A stretch of DNA of 64,000 nt from Octopus vulgaris (lineage: Eukaryota): the NCBI GenBank assembly GCA_951406725.2, contig OX597836.1, forward strand, positions 22,692,001 through 22,756,000, given 5' to 3'. Below are positions 1 to 12,414 of the stretch, in pieces. Each line of letters begins with the position of its first letter. The first letter of the stretch is position 1. The position numbers and the translations under genes are program-made. A model generated the notes under the pieces. That model had not been told where the DNA came from, did no database searches, and worked only from the letters and a program-made list of their open reading frames with translations.

Positions 1-244
1 GAGAGAGAGCCAGACAAGAAGAAGAAAGAGTTGGGGAGAGAAAGAGGTTTGAGAAGGAAAGAAAGCCTTATAGACATAGAGAACAAGAGGAAGTGAGAGA
101 GAGGGAGAGAGTGAGAAGGAAGATAAATAAAAATTAATTATAAAAGGATTAAAAACTGATTTTTAAAAAATAGAAAAACAAACTCATTGATTAGATTTCA
201 ACTATTTGAAGAAGAAATATTTCTAATTAGTTTTCTGCTGCTGC

Positions 245-306
<62 letters not shown>

Positions 307-512
307 TTGTTGTTGATGATGATGATGATCATCATTTAATTATTTGATTATTTGTTAATGTATTCATTTGTTATTTGAAACTATGATTGAGACTTGGAAA
401 AGAAATGGGTTTTTTTCCTCTTGTTTATTTGTAGTTTGTTGTTATTCCTGCAATGTGTTAAAAGGGACAGATTAGATGTTGGTAGACTAGTCATAGTATA
501 TAGATAAGTGGG

Positions 513-912
513 TGGAACCCAGTTATGGCAGTCAGACAATTTCTGCAACCACATCTCCCCTAACATCTGACCACCTAACTCCCCAGACTGCAACCCCTTT
601 GATTATTATGTGTGGGGTGCAGTTGAGTAAGAGACCAACAAAACTTCTTGTGACACCAAAGATGAACTGAAGGCAAGGATTATGGCAGCATTCACCAACT
701 TAAACAAGGAGACCATCAAGAAGAGTTGCAGGAGATTCCGAAGTCGTCTGGAGGCTGTGGTTGAAGCCAATGGCGATTTTATTAAATAAATTTGCTCTTT
801 GGTATTTCAAGATAATTTTATATAATTTTGGTAAATATATTTGTTAAAATGAGATATCAGTGTTATTTTCATTTTTGCATAATTTAAACGACAGTTTAAT
901 CATCGCAGCCTG
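513..912 (+). mobile_element. Tc1/mariner (maT/DD37D-like) transposon, 3' fragment
   Basis: Translates with stops to ...PPNSPDCNPFDYYVWGAVE...KDELKARIMAAF...RFRSRLEAVVEANGDFIK*. It ends ...CCTG followed by TA and is homologous to the copy at 46176-47060. Confidence 0.8.
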
Positions 913-946
913 TATATTTATATATATATAAAACAGGATGTGTGTG

Positions 947-981
<35 letters not shown>

Positions 982-1726
982 GAGTGTGTATGTGTGTGTG
1001 TGTGCATTTTCCTTATGCATTCGAAAACTTAGTTGTTGATTTTGATGCAGGAATATCAAAAGGTTCAGTAATCTTTGGGCTACCATATAAATGTTATTTT
1101 CGTTTACATATTTGCATTACAAAAATTTTAACATTATAATCTTTCTATAAGTCAACTGTCGTAAACGACATTTTATACCACCACCACCACCACCATGACG
1201 TCACATCTATATCTATATATTATCAGACGTCTGTGTATTTGTATGTTTGTGCATAATGTCAATGATGGAGTAAGAGGGGAAAGAAAGAAACAGAGGAGCA
1301 AAGTGAGGAAGTGGCTCTTTACTTCTCCCCCTTCGCCACAATGTTTTTCGATAGAGGGTGAAATGTAAATAGTGTGTGTGAGTGATTTAGAAAGAGAGAG
1401 AGAGAGAGAGAGTGAAAGAAACAAACATAAACTAAAAGAGGAGAACTATTATAGAGGGTGAGAGAGAATATGTGTGAACAAGAGAAACACAGAAGGAGAA
1501 AAAGACAGAGACAAGAGAAAGAAACAGAGAGTGATAAGTTTCTACAGGAAAAGTTGAAAGAGAGAGGGATAGCAGGAGAGAGAGACAGAGAGACAGAGAG
1601 AAAGAGAGAGACAGAGAGAGAGAGCTGCTGATGTTTGATACTGTATGTATGTTCTATAAGTGAAGTTCAAAGAAAGTTGGCACAAAGAGAGGAGGAGAGC
1701 AAGAGAGAAAGAGATGTTGACGTTTG

Positions 1727-1769
<43 letters not shown>

Positions 1770-2586
1770 ATGTATGCATGTGTGCAGCGTTCCACAATTG
1801 CCATATATTTCAATCACTCTTGTGAAGATATTCAAGTAACTTTCACTCGTTTTTTCATTTAATCCCCATTTTATTTTTCAAACAAGTTTCCAAGAAAAAT
1901 CTTCTCACTCTCTACAAGAGGGAGACGAGGTAGATGTAGATGACTAGTATTCTACAGGGAAGCAAAAAACGGGTACAGGTAGCCAGAGTAAGGTCACTAG
2001 AGACCCCTGCACAATGACTGAAGGAGAACTGCTGCATGCAGGGCCAATGGATCACAAGTGGCAAGAGACACACAGAACAGTTATATCAACCAAATGCAAT
2101 CTGCAGGAGCCAAGGGTCAAAAAAGGAAAGAGAAAAACATTTAAAGGATGCAAGACAAAGACAAGCTGCCAGAGTTGTCTGTGAAACAGTAGGTCAATGA
2201 GAGATGAGACAAAGAAAAAACCAGGAGCAAACAGTTGCTGCAAGATTCACCATTCCTCAGAGGAAAGACGTAAGCGTTTGACAAAAGAGATGCACCTTTT
2301 AAGGGGACTTGGAAAAGATTAGCTTTCAACTATGATCCAAAACAGGATTTATATTACAAAGAAATTGGTATCGGAGCAATGTCAAAAGAGTGCATTTTTT
2401 AATAAAGGAAAAAAATGGGAAAGAGAAACCACTACTATGTGTTGTGGTGGGGGAATGGTTGTTTCATTGACCTTTGGTACACCCCAGATACTTTGAAGGC
2501 ATTGCTTTTGGGAAACACAGCAAGGAGCATGCACTTCTTGAAAAACATTAGGGATTATAATTCTGCTTTCTAAATGACCCCTTTTC

Positions 2587-2882
2587 GTAGCAATATTAAA
2601 GTCAATACCACCATGACTGATATCCAATCTACAGTGGAGAAGGCTAGCCATTGGATTTGGTTAAAAAGAGACGATGAGCGATGGCTAGAAGGATATTGAG
2701 TTTTTCATAACCAGCTGATCTAGCAAGCGGGGCCTTATATCAGTGAGGGGGGCCAGTGCGCATTGATGCCGTCGAGAGGTAGGCCCCGAAACGGCACGCA
2801 TTCTCTCCTGATGACCCCATACACTTGCTAGCTTCCGATATACGGAGCTTTTAACTGGTAGCACTTGCATGTGCAAGTTGTT
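2587..2882 (+). mobile_element. 5'-truncated HERO-like (RLE-type) non-LTR retrotransposon 3' end inserted in the Helitron
   Basis: Reads ...IQSTVEKASHWIWLKRDDERWLEGY* (stop 2697-2699), a C-terminal motif I recognise from HERO-clade ORFs, followed by a structured 3'UTR. The Helitron frame (MTPF | ARHIREEN) is split at this point. Confidence 0.7.
2720..2831 (+). ncRNA. Permuted hammerhead-like RNA structure in HERO-like 3'UTR (copy A)
   Basis: TGCCGTC-GAGAG-GTA-GGCCCC-GAAACGGCA-CGCATT-CTCTC-CTGATGA-CCCC, with upstream partners GGGG, a hairpin, GGGGCC and AGTGCG. It is closed by CTAGCAAG/CTTGCTAG. Confidence 0.6.
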
Positions 2883-3653
2883 TGCAAGACATATAAGAGA
2901 AGAGAACATGAAGCCAACTTTTAGAGTTCAAGGTCAAGTATACTATTGTAATGGTTCTTTATTATCAACTGAAGGCAAAAATCCTCAGTTTTTACAGCTA
3001 TATTTTATGTCAAATTACAAGGATCAGGCTTTGCAACAGTCATTTAACCTTCCAAATTTGAAAGAAGAGTTAATCTTTCATCTGCAAGATATGTTGCAGA
3101 TGAACAATAGCTACATCAGAAGCTTTGAGTATGCATTGGAATCTGCACCATCCACTGAATACAAGGTAGTTATTGATGCAGACAAAAAGCCTATCGCTGA
3201 GCACAGAGGCCACTACAAAGCCCCTGCCACAAAGGAAATAGCAGCAATTATTACAGGCGATGAGTATGGGAAGAGAGATATTATTATTCAAGGAAAAGGA
3301 AATATGATTCAGCAGATAAATGCAACCCACTGTTCATATGATGCACCCCAGTATCCATTAATCTGTGTGTTTGGCATTGATGGATATCACTTTAGGATAA
3401 AAAAGAAACAGATACGTAATTTCCTTCAACACATGTGATAGAATTTATCTCCCTTCATAAAAGTGGTAAATTTTGTATTTTCGTTTTTTTTATTATTTTT
3501 TTTTTTTTTTGTATTATGAATTCAGAATTGATTTCTTAATTGGAGAATAAATTGAATTTAGAATAACAAATTTCTTTACAACATATTTTGCTTTTTTCTT
3601 CCAATATATAAGGAACAATTTCATTCCTGGGCAAAACCGATTGACTCTGCTAG

Positions 3654-3654
<1 letters not shown>

Positions 3655-3712
<58 letters not shown>

Positions 3713-3818
3713 CACACACACATATATGTATACACACAGATAGATAGTTAGAAGCACAGATAGACAGACAGACAGGCAGACAGACAGACACATAGATAGA
3801 CAGACAGACAGATTGATT

Positions 3819-3855
<37 letters not shown>

Positions 3856-3889
3856 GCAGGCAGACAGGCAGGCAGGCAGGCAGGCAGGC

Positions 3890-3924
<35 letters not shown>

Positions 3925-3931
3925 TAGATAG

Positions 3932-3962
<31 letters not shown>

Positions 3963-4465
3963 GATAGGTAGACAGACAGGCAGACAGATGGCTAGATAGC
4001 TAGCAAGATAGCTAGCTAGCTAGATAGATAGAGAGATTGATAGATAGAGAGATACACAGACAGATAGAGAGATAGACAGATAGATAGACAGGTAAATTGA
4101 TAGATACTCCTTTCTCTTTTACTTGTTTCAGTCATTGGACAGTGGCAGTGCTGGGGCACCATTGGTGACAACCTCACAGGAATACAATCAGACCAATGGA
4201 ACTCAAAGACAGAGTGAAATATATCACACCTGGAACCAACTCCTGAATATGATCTATAGTTTATTTTGGACTTGGTAGTTGTATGTATGTATGTATGTAT
4301 GTACGTATGAATGCATGTATGTACGTGTGTGTATGTATGTGTGTATGTGTATGTGTGTGTGTGTATGTATGTATATATGTATGTATGTATGTATGTATGT
4401 TTGTATGTATGTATGTTTGTATGTATGTATGTATGTATGTGTATATATTTATATATATATATAAT
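3655..4465. repeat. Compound microsatellites (TA)n, (GATA/GACA/GGCA)n, (TATG)n
   Basis: Read directly from the sequence. Confidence 0.95.
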
Positions 4466-5185
4466 GTTTTCTTGATGAGACCTCAGATGAAACAAAATAC
4501 ATTTTGTCAAAGTTGAACAGAGACAAGTGCATGTGTCTATATGTTTATCTTTCCCTTTCTCTGTCTCTCTCTCCCTCTCTCTCTATGTGTGTGTATATGT
4601 GTGTGAATGTATATATATGTGTGTATATATACACACATATACACACGTGTGTGTGTGTGCACAGACATACATGTACACACATTCACATAAAATTTCATGA
4701 TATCTTCAAAATATTGAACACTAGACTATACATATATACATACATGCATGACAACATAACTTATTCTATATATAATACAACATACCACATACATGCACAT
4801 ACACACAGACACACACACACACACACCATAACCTATATTTTGAACTGTTATTTATGACCAACATTAATTGTCGAAAGTCAAACATAAATTTACTGCCAGT
4901 TATAATCTACAGTACTTTTAGTTGTCATATCCTAATTTATGTACATGTATGCACACACACACACACACACATGCACGCATGCACACACACACATACATAC
5001 AGATGCATACATGCAAGCATACAGATACTGTAATTCAGTAAGTTTATTTGTAGGGAGATGTAGCTGCTATTTCTAGCTGGTTGAGAGACTGCATAGAGGC
5101 TTCGCTGTTGAGGCAATATTTATGTTATGCATATATACATGTAAGTATGTATATGTACGTATATAAGTGTGCATATATGCATATA

Positions 5186-5417
5186 TATTTCTTTACTACC
5201 CACAAGGGGCTAAACACAGCGGGGACAAACAAGGACAGACAGAGGGATGAAGTCGATTACATCGACCCCAGTGCGTAACTGGTACTTAATTTATCGACCC
5301 CGAAAGGATGAAAGGCAAAGTCGACCTCAGCAGAATTTGAACTCAGAACGTAACGACAGACGAAATACAGCTACACATTTCGCCCGGCGTGCTAACATTT
5401 CGCCCAGCTCGCCGCCT
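5186..5417 (-). mobile_element. tRNA-derived SINE with Meta-like central domain
   Basis: The minus strand has A/B-box-like head (GTTCAAATTC) and GCCTTTCATCCTTTCGGGGTCGATAAATTAAGTACCAG core. Many copies occur in the window. Confidence 0.85.
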
Positions 5418-5669
5418 TCATATATGCATATATGTGTGTATACATACATGTATGTGTGTGAGTATGTCTGCTGGTGTGTATGTATGTGTGTGAGTATGTA
5501 GGTCAAAATCTTCGGAAATGGATAGAAATGACCATGCTTTAGATGGTGAATAATGGAAGAAAGGAGGAAAGCAGTGCATGATGGGAGGAGGGAATTTGAG
5601 CAAAGTCATATCAGATATGGAAGCTTAAGTGAGCTGTTCATAAGTGTCTGTATGTGAATTTACCCGAGG

Positions 5670-5978
5670 TGGAGGCACATGGCCTAGTGGTTAAAGCAAC
5701 GGGCTCGCGGTCGAGGGATCACGGGTTCGAATCTCAGACCGGACGATGTATGTGTTTATGAGCGAAACACCTTAGCTCCACGCAGCTCCGGCAGAAGGTA
5801 ATGGCGAAACTTCTGCTGACTCTTTCGCCACAACTTTCTCTCACTCTTTCCTCCTGCATCTTGCAGCTCACCTGCGATGGACTGGTGTCCCGTCCAGGTG
5901 GGGAACCTATACGCCAAGAAACCAGGAAACCGGCCCTTATGAGCTAGGCATGGCTCGAGAAGGAACAAACAACAACAA
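5670..5978 (+). mobile_element. tRNA(Arg-like)-derived SINE, tail type 1
   Basis: A box TGGCCTAGTGGTTA, B box GGTTCGAATC, body, CCTGCGATGGACTGG...GTCCAGG motif and (AAC)n tail. Confidence 0.8.
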
Positions 5979-6037
5979 TCTACCTGAGTGTGATGGCACA
6001 CAAGCCAATTTGATATTTAACAACTGTGAGCATGTCT

Positions 6038-6240
6038 ACAAGGTGGTATTAAAAAGGTCCTGGATTAGTTTTGTAACATGCCAACAGATGGCAGCACAGT
6101 CACATGCACAGTGAGGGAGAGCAGTGACCTTCATGAGGGGCAGTGCGCTGAGTGACATCACTGGGTTTACTTCACAAGTTGTGAAATTTGTGTTTTTGTG
6201 ATCACGTGTATGCTGTAGTCTGTGATTTTGTCATGGACAT
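6038..6240 (+). mobile_element. Possible mariner-type 5' terminus remnant
   Basis: TA-CAAGGTGGTATTAAAAAGGTCC resembles mariner TIR starts. No matching right end was found. Confidence 0.35.
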
Positions 6241-6965
6241 TCACACATGCTCTTCTACAAGCTAACATTTCTAATACCAATTATCTGTTGTCAGTCTCCT
6301 TTGACACATCAAAACTCAACTGATAAATTCACCATTTTGGCCAGATTCTATCATTTGTTTTATCATTGCTTTTCCCGTTGTTGTTCTTGTTGTTACTGTT
6401 GCTAATGTTTCCCACTCATAAGATACTGTTGTGGTAAATAAATGAAATCATTATTATCACTGTTATTGCTGCTGCTGCTGTTGTTGTTGTTGTTGTTATT
6501 CCCGCTCAAAAGGTCCCTGGATAAGGGTTGTTTAAGGATGTTGAACGAAACACCCATGTTTCCAAAGGTTGATTATTCAAACCCCAAAGAATCCCTCTCA
6601 ACACATGGCTATGATGCTCCCCCACTACTTCTGCTTGTTTTTATTATTGTTTTTTTTTTTCCTTCTTTCTTCAAATTTCTTCTGTTTCTCGCCGAGTGTT
6701 TTCCGTACACCTAGGTCAGAGAAGCTCATTGTATGCATTCCCAGATTACACACGCAAATTCACAGGTAAAATATGTATTTAAGAAAAATTAATAAACAAA
6801 TAAATTCATGAATGGATGTTGTTTTCACAGCAATAATGCTCTTCTCAATACATGAGTCGTTCCAGTTAACATGATTTTTTGTACTTCCTGTAGGGATGGT
6901 AAGCCTGGTATCATTTTCATTGTTATTATTATTATTATTATTATTATAATTTTTATTATTATTAT

Positions 6966-7485
6966 TAAGGCAATGAGCTGGCAGAATTGTTAGCGGCATC
7001 TCGTCCATCTTTATATTCTGAGTTCAAGTTCTGTTGAGGTCAACTTTGCCTTTCATCCTTTCAGGGTCAATAAAATGCGTACCAGCTGAGCATTGGAGTC
7101 AATTTAATCAACTAAGTAAGCCCCTCTCCCAAACTTACTGGCTTTTAGTCGGCCCTTTTGGAAGTGATAAAGTAAGTACCAGTTGATGACTGGGGGGGTC
7201 ATTGTAATCGACTTAACCCCCAGCCTCCAACTTGCTGGCCTTGTGCCAAAACTTGAAACCATTATGATGAGGGGCAATGAGCTAGCAGAATCAATCCCAT
7301 ATTGGACAAATGTCTTAGCAGTGTTTCTTCTGGTTTTTTTCATTCTGATTTCAAATGCCGCCACAGCCAACTTTGCCTTTCATCCTTCCAAGGGGTCAAT
7401 AAAATAAATAAGTTCCATAGGAGTCAATGTAATTAACTTACTCTTTCCCTGAAATTGCTGGTCTTGTGCCAAAATTTGAAATTAT
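6966..7485 (+). mobile_element. Tandem degenerate Meta-type SINE copies (short-tail variant)
   Basis: Repeated GAGCTGGCAGAA...CTTTGCCTTTCATCCTT...TGCTGGCCTTGTGCCAAAA units. Confidence 0.75.
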
Positions 7486-7693
7486 TATTATTATTAGTAT
7501 TATTATTATTGATACAACCCTTTCCTCAGATGTTCCTGAGGCAAATGAAAGAAATTATTTTTGTTGTTATTGATGTTGTTGTTTAGAAATTATAATTATC
7601 ATCATCCTCACCACACCTCCACCACCATCATCATCATCATCATCATCATTACTGCTGCTGCTGCTGCTGTTCTTCTTCTTCTTCTTCTTCTTC

Positions 7694-7731
<38 letters not shown>

Positions 7732-8581
7732 GCGGTTTGTATGCATTTGAAAAATGTTCAGTTCTGCTTCTAATTCTTTCATTTTCATTTTATTTCTTTA
7801 TTTCTTTTGGTGGGAGATAGGAATATTCCAACAAAGAACAATAACCAAAAGCTATAAACATATGGAGTCTTTCAGATAGCAGACCAGTTCTCTCAACAGG
7901 AAATTAATTAGGTGCTGACCAACACTGAATTTAAAAATATGAAACGAAAGAAATAGAAATGATATACAAATCAACAAAAAAAAAACACACACACAAAAAA
8001 ACCAACAAAACGACATTGTCAGCTTTTTATCTCAAAGCTCTTCTTACACAATATGAAGATGTTTGGTGGGGGCAAGGAGATGGTGGGGAGCTAGGAGATG
8101 GTGGGTGGCTGACTTTTATGGTCGGGACTGGAACTTGGCAGCAGGTTGTGAAAGAAGTCTGCTGTTATAGTGCTAGACTCAAAGTGAAAACCATTTATAG
8201 GTTTATATATTATTTCCTATATATAGAAATGCATACACATATATATACATTATCATCATCATCGTCATCATTTAACAGCCATTTTCCATGCTGGCATGGG
8301 TTAGAGGATTCGACCGGGACCTGCAAGCCAGAGAACTTCTCCAGGCTCCAATCGTCTCTTTTGGCTTGGTTTCTATGGCAGGATTCCCCCTCCTAATATC
8401 AACCACTTTACATAGTGTACTGGGTATCTTTTATGGGTCACCAGCAAGTGGGCCTTTTATGTGTCACTGACACAAGCAATCACCACGATTCACTTAGCTT
8501 GATGTGTCTTCACAAGTACAGCAAATTGTCAGAGGCTTGAAAAGGGTGCATAAAAAAAAATAAACAATATTTGTTTATTTG

Positions 8582-8795
8582 TGGCAAGTTGGCAGAATCG
8601 TGAGCACAGCAGGCAAAATGCTTAGTGGTGTTTCATCCACCCTTATGTTCTGAGTTCAAATTCTATCATGGTTGACTTTGCCTTTCATCCTTTCGGGGTC
8701 GATAAAATAAGTACCAGTTGAACACTGGGGTCGATGTAATCGATTTACCCATTCCCTGACATTGCCAGCCTTGTACCAAAATTTGGAACCATTAT
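8582..8795 (+). mobile_element. Meta-type SINE (short-tail variant)
   Basis: Head, CTTTCATCCTTTCGGGGTCGATAAAATAAGTACCAG core and tail are all present. Confidence 0.8.
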
Positions 8796-8977
8796 TGTGT
8801 ATAATATTACTTCCGTTGAGGAGTTGGTAAAGGCTTCTGCCAGTTGAATAATAATGGTATTTCAAATTTTGGCAGCAGCAGAGCCATGACTTAAGGCTTA
8901 AGGGCAGCTTTTGTTAATTTCTTTGCAGCAACATGGAGTTTTGCTATTTTATATGAAGAATATTTTCATTTATGATA

Positions 8978-9170
8978 TCATCATCATCATCATCGTTTAA
9001 CGTCCGTTTTCCGCGCTAGCACGGGTTGGACGGTTCGACCGGGGTCTGGGAAGCCAGGGGCTGCACCAGGCTCCACTCTGATCTGGCAGTGTTTCTACAG
9101 CTGGATGCCCTTCCTAACGCCAACCACTCCGCGAGTGTAGTGGGTGCTTTTTATGTGCCACCGGCACAGA
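8978..9170 (-). mobile_element. Non-autonomous retroposon 3' end with (ATG)n tail
   Basis: The minus strand reads GGTTGGCGTTAGGAAGGGCATCCAGCTGTAGAAAC...GGACGTTAAACGATGATGATG. Related copies lie near 8250, 21410, 39080, 47300, 59885 and 61640. Confidence 0.65.
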
Positions 9171-9179
9171 TATGTTTGT

Positions 9180-9598
9180 CTTTTATCTTTTTACTTCTTT
9201 CAGTCATTAAACTATGGCCATGCTGGGGCACCACCTTTAAGAATTTTGGTCAAACTGATTCAACCCCAATATTCATTTTTTGTAAAGCCTGTTACCTATT
9301 CTATTGGTCTCTCTTGCCAAATCACTGAGTTACAGGGATGTAAACACACCGACACCAGTTTCAAGCAGTGGTAGGGTACAAACATAGACACAAAGACATA
9401 CACACACTCACACACATGCACACACATATACACATACACATACATATATGATGGCTTCTTTCAGTTTCCATCTACCAAATCCACTTACAAGGCTCTAGTC
9501 AACCCGAGGCTATCGTACAAAACACTTGCCCAAAGTGCCAAGCTGAGGGACTGAACCTGCAGCCATATGGTTATGAAGTAAACTTCTCACCTCACAGC
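9180..9598 (-). mobile_element. CORE-type tRNA SINE
   Basis: The minus strand has a tRNA-like head and TTGGGCAAGTGT core. Same family as 44317-44705. Confidence 0.75.
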
Positions 9599-9988
9599 CT
9601 AGTTTAAATTCTCTATATATTTGTTTATTCAATATTTATGGGTTTAATTTGAGTTGTTCCCAAGTGGAAGGTATTTTGTACCATTTGATTCATAGCTACT
9701 TATTCAGTTTTTGCAGTTAGGTCATTTTATTTATGTTATCTATCTCCTATAATTCAGAAGTTTTTGTCAAATCTATATTATTTTTTTATACTATACTATT
9801 CGATTATTTTATTGCAATTTTAAAATTTATTTGCACTTTTAGTATGCAATTTATTTTGTAAATTTATTTCCTCTAATTGGATATACAGTTAATAGTTATT
9901 GATTTATGCGAGTCTTTTTCCCTTGCACATGGTTCAAGGACATTGATTAATTTGGTTAGTTTTTGGTGTGGTGCTAATTAATCTATAT

Positions 9989-11351
9989 CAGTGTTTCCCA
10001 ACCATTTTTTCCCCTATAGCCCCCTTTAATTTCTGTTTTACTCAGATGCACCCTTATAACTATTTGATGCTTAAAAAACCCCATTCTGGCATTTTTATTC
10101 CATATATCACTGGCAGAGAGATGAATCGCTGCTATCTCATACAGTTAATCTTCCATCCCTGACAAGACCAAGGAAGGTCAAATCCATGCGATCTGGTGGT
10201 CTTGGTACTGGAGGTGGCAGGGAATTATCTCCCTGCTAATAGTATAAGCAAGAATGCATTTTGCACCAAAAGCCAAAATGAGAGTTTCGGCAGTAGAGTT
10301 TGTTCTGACAGAACATCCTCATTTAAGTGGAGATAAATATTACCTCTCATTATATTTTAAACTAGCAGTATCGCCTGGCGTTGCTCGGGTTTGTTTCGAC
10401 CCTTTAGAATAGGAATTTTTGAAAAGTAAAAATTTTGCATTATGCTGCTTGTTATTCTCTTTAAGTGAACATTTTTCTGGTTGAAATACACCGAAAAATG
10501 GCAACACAACAGTCTAGTAAAAAAGCACCTTTTTGATGTAAATAATTTTTGTTGTTAACATGGTCCGATTAGATATTTTTCTTCTACGGAAGGAAGAGCA
10601 AGCTTTTCTTCTATCATACTCTCAATTTTGGTCAACTTGCGCCGCAGGGTCTCGGAGGAGATAGTGTTAGTTGAAGGCTACCAAACCTGCCATACACAGA
10701 CAACTTTAGCTTTATATATATAGATATATATATATATATATATGGTCAACACACACATTGCATGCATCTGTGTTGTATGCATAAATGCTCGTGTGAGTGT
10801 GTGTGTGTGTGACTGAAGCCATTCACCCATACATACATACATAACAACACCTGTCTGTCTGTTTTTGTCTGTCAATCACTCACTAAAAAGAAATTTTAAA
10901 AATCTGTTATCTCTCTCTCCCTCTCCTTCCCTCTCTTTACACCATTACTTGAAGGGGACTTAACTCATGTTTTGTAAATAATAATGGCGTCACTACAGTG
11001 GATTTATCCGCCTTCAAAATTGAAGTTATGGCTCAAAATTATTTACCGCTATTCGCGGGTGCCTCAGGGGAAAATAATTTGATGAAAATACAGCTAGGGT
11101 CGTGATGAATGTCCTCCTAAAATTTGAGCAACATGCGTGCTAATTTGTGGATGTGTATAAGCTACAATCATGTACACACACACACACATCCTGCCTTATA
11201 TATATACAGATATTATTAGGAATTGTATAAAAATATTGTGAAATAGTTTGTTTATTGTAGAAAAAAACACCAATTTATTGTACATAAATTTTAATAACAA
11301 AATCTTACATGGACCCCCAAGAGTTATAAGGGCTCTGGTTGAGAACCACTA
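9989..11351. mobile_element. hAT-type MITE carrying nested insertions
   Basis: TIRs CAGTGTTTCCCAACC / GGTTGAGAACCACTA. 8-bp TSD ATCTATAT (9981-9988) / ATCTATAC (11352-11359). Confidence 0.75.
10361..10724 (-). mobile_element. Non-autonomous Helitron
   Basis: The minus strand starts TCTATATATATAAAG and ends with CCCGAGCAACGCCAGG hairpin-like sequence plus CTAG. Confidence 0.75.
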
Positions 11352-11979
11352 ATCTATACTTTTGAGATTCTAGGCTTGTTGTTCGTTGTGTTATTATTAT
11401 CATATTATGTATTGATGGTTCAGTAGGTTTTGCTCAATATATTTTGTTCGCCAGTTCTATTTTAGTATTATAGATTTTTTAATCACAATGTCCTTTGAGA
11501 GAGGAATTTCTTCATTCTATAGATACTGTTTTTCAATTGCAAGCTTTGTAGCCATAAGTTAATAGCATTTTATATTCAATGTTGTTATAATAATAAGCAG
11601 ATGTTGGTGTAAAGTTTATATTATGCTAATGTTTTGCTTCTGTTGCTTGTCTATTGATTTTTTGCTAACATTAATGTTTATAACACTACTGACATGGCTG
11701 AATTGAATGGTACTGCTGAGGTGTCAAAACCATTGTGATAGCTGTTAGGCAGCTGAAGATGGAGATTGTATGTTTGATATGCTTGTTTATATATTGGGGT
11801 CTCGTTATGCTGAATTGTCATAAGGTTAAACATTCTTGTGAGGTTAAACTTGTTTTAGGGTTCATGATTTATGGGGATTACATATTTTGTTAATGCTTGA
11901 TTGCCTTCATGGATAATCTTATTAGACTAGAATAATACTTAATTAGCGATTTCAAGTTTTAGGAGGTTCTGAATATATA

Positions 11980-12398
11980 CTCTTTTTACTCTTTTACTTG
12001 TTTCAGTCATTTGACTGTGGCCATGCTGGAGCACCGCCTTTAGTCGAGCAATTCGACCCCAGGACTTATTCTTTGTAAGCATAGTACTTATTCTATCAGT
12101 CTCTTTTGCAAACTGCTAAGTTATGGGGACATAAACACACCAACATCAGTTGTCAAGCGATGTTGCGGGGACAAACACAGACACAAACATATACAGACAC
12201 AAACATATACACACACATACATATACATATACACGATGGGCTTCTTTCAGTTTCCGTCTACCAAATCCATTCAGAAGGCTTTGGTCGGCCCGAGGCTATA
12301 GTAGAAGACACTTGCCCAAGGTGCCACGTAGTGGGACTGAACCTGGAACCATGTGGTTGGTAAGCAAGCTACTTACCACACAGCTGCTCCTACGCCTA
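11980..12398 (-). mobile_element. CORE-type tRNA SINE, full length
   Basis: Matches the family from head (GGAGCAGCTGTGTGGTAAG) to (GTAAAAGA)n tail, with an internal (TG)n. Confidence 0.85.
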
Positions 12399-12414
12399 TG
12401 TATATATATTTATA

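Larger units (their letters stand above)
2090..3653 (+). pseudogene. Helitron Rep/Helicase N-terminal remnant, internally deleted, with a Helitron 3' end
   Basis: AFNYDP...IGAMSKEC...MCCGGG (Zn-finger-like), LKNIRDYNSAF*MTPF, then ORF 2869-3438 PTFRVQGQVY...PQFLQLYF...YDAPQYPLI. It ends in CTAG (3650-3653) after a degenerate GC hairpin and is interrupted at about 2587-2882. Confidence 0.8.

Noticed and set aside
2869-3438. 189-aa ORF as a host gene
   Set aside because: It is a Helitron Rep/Hel fragment whose start lies in the inserted retrotransposon tail, and upstream homology has stops and frameshifts.
11360-11940. Possible decayed Penelope RT on the minus strand (LYTNI motif), and [10 protein letters not shown] near 33288
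   Set aside because: Only isolated motifs amid many stops, so the boundaries cannot be supported.
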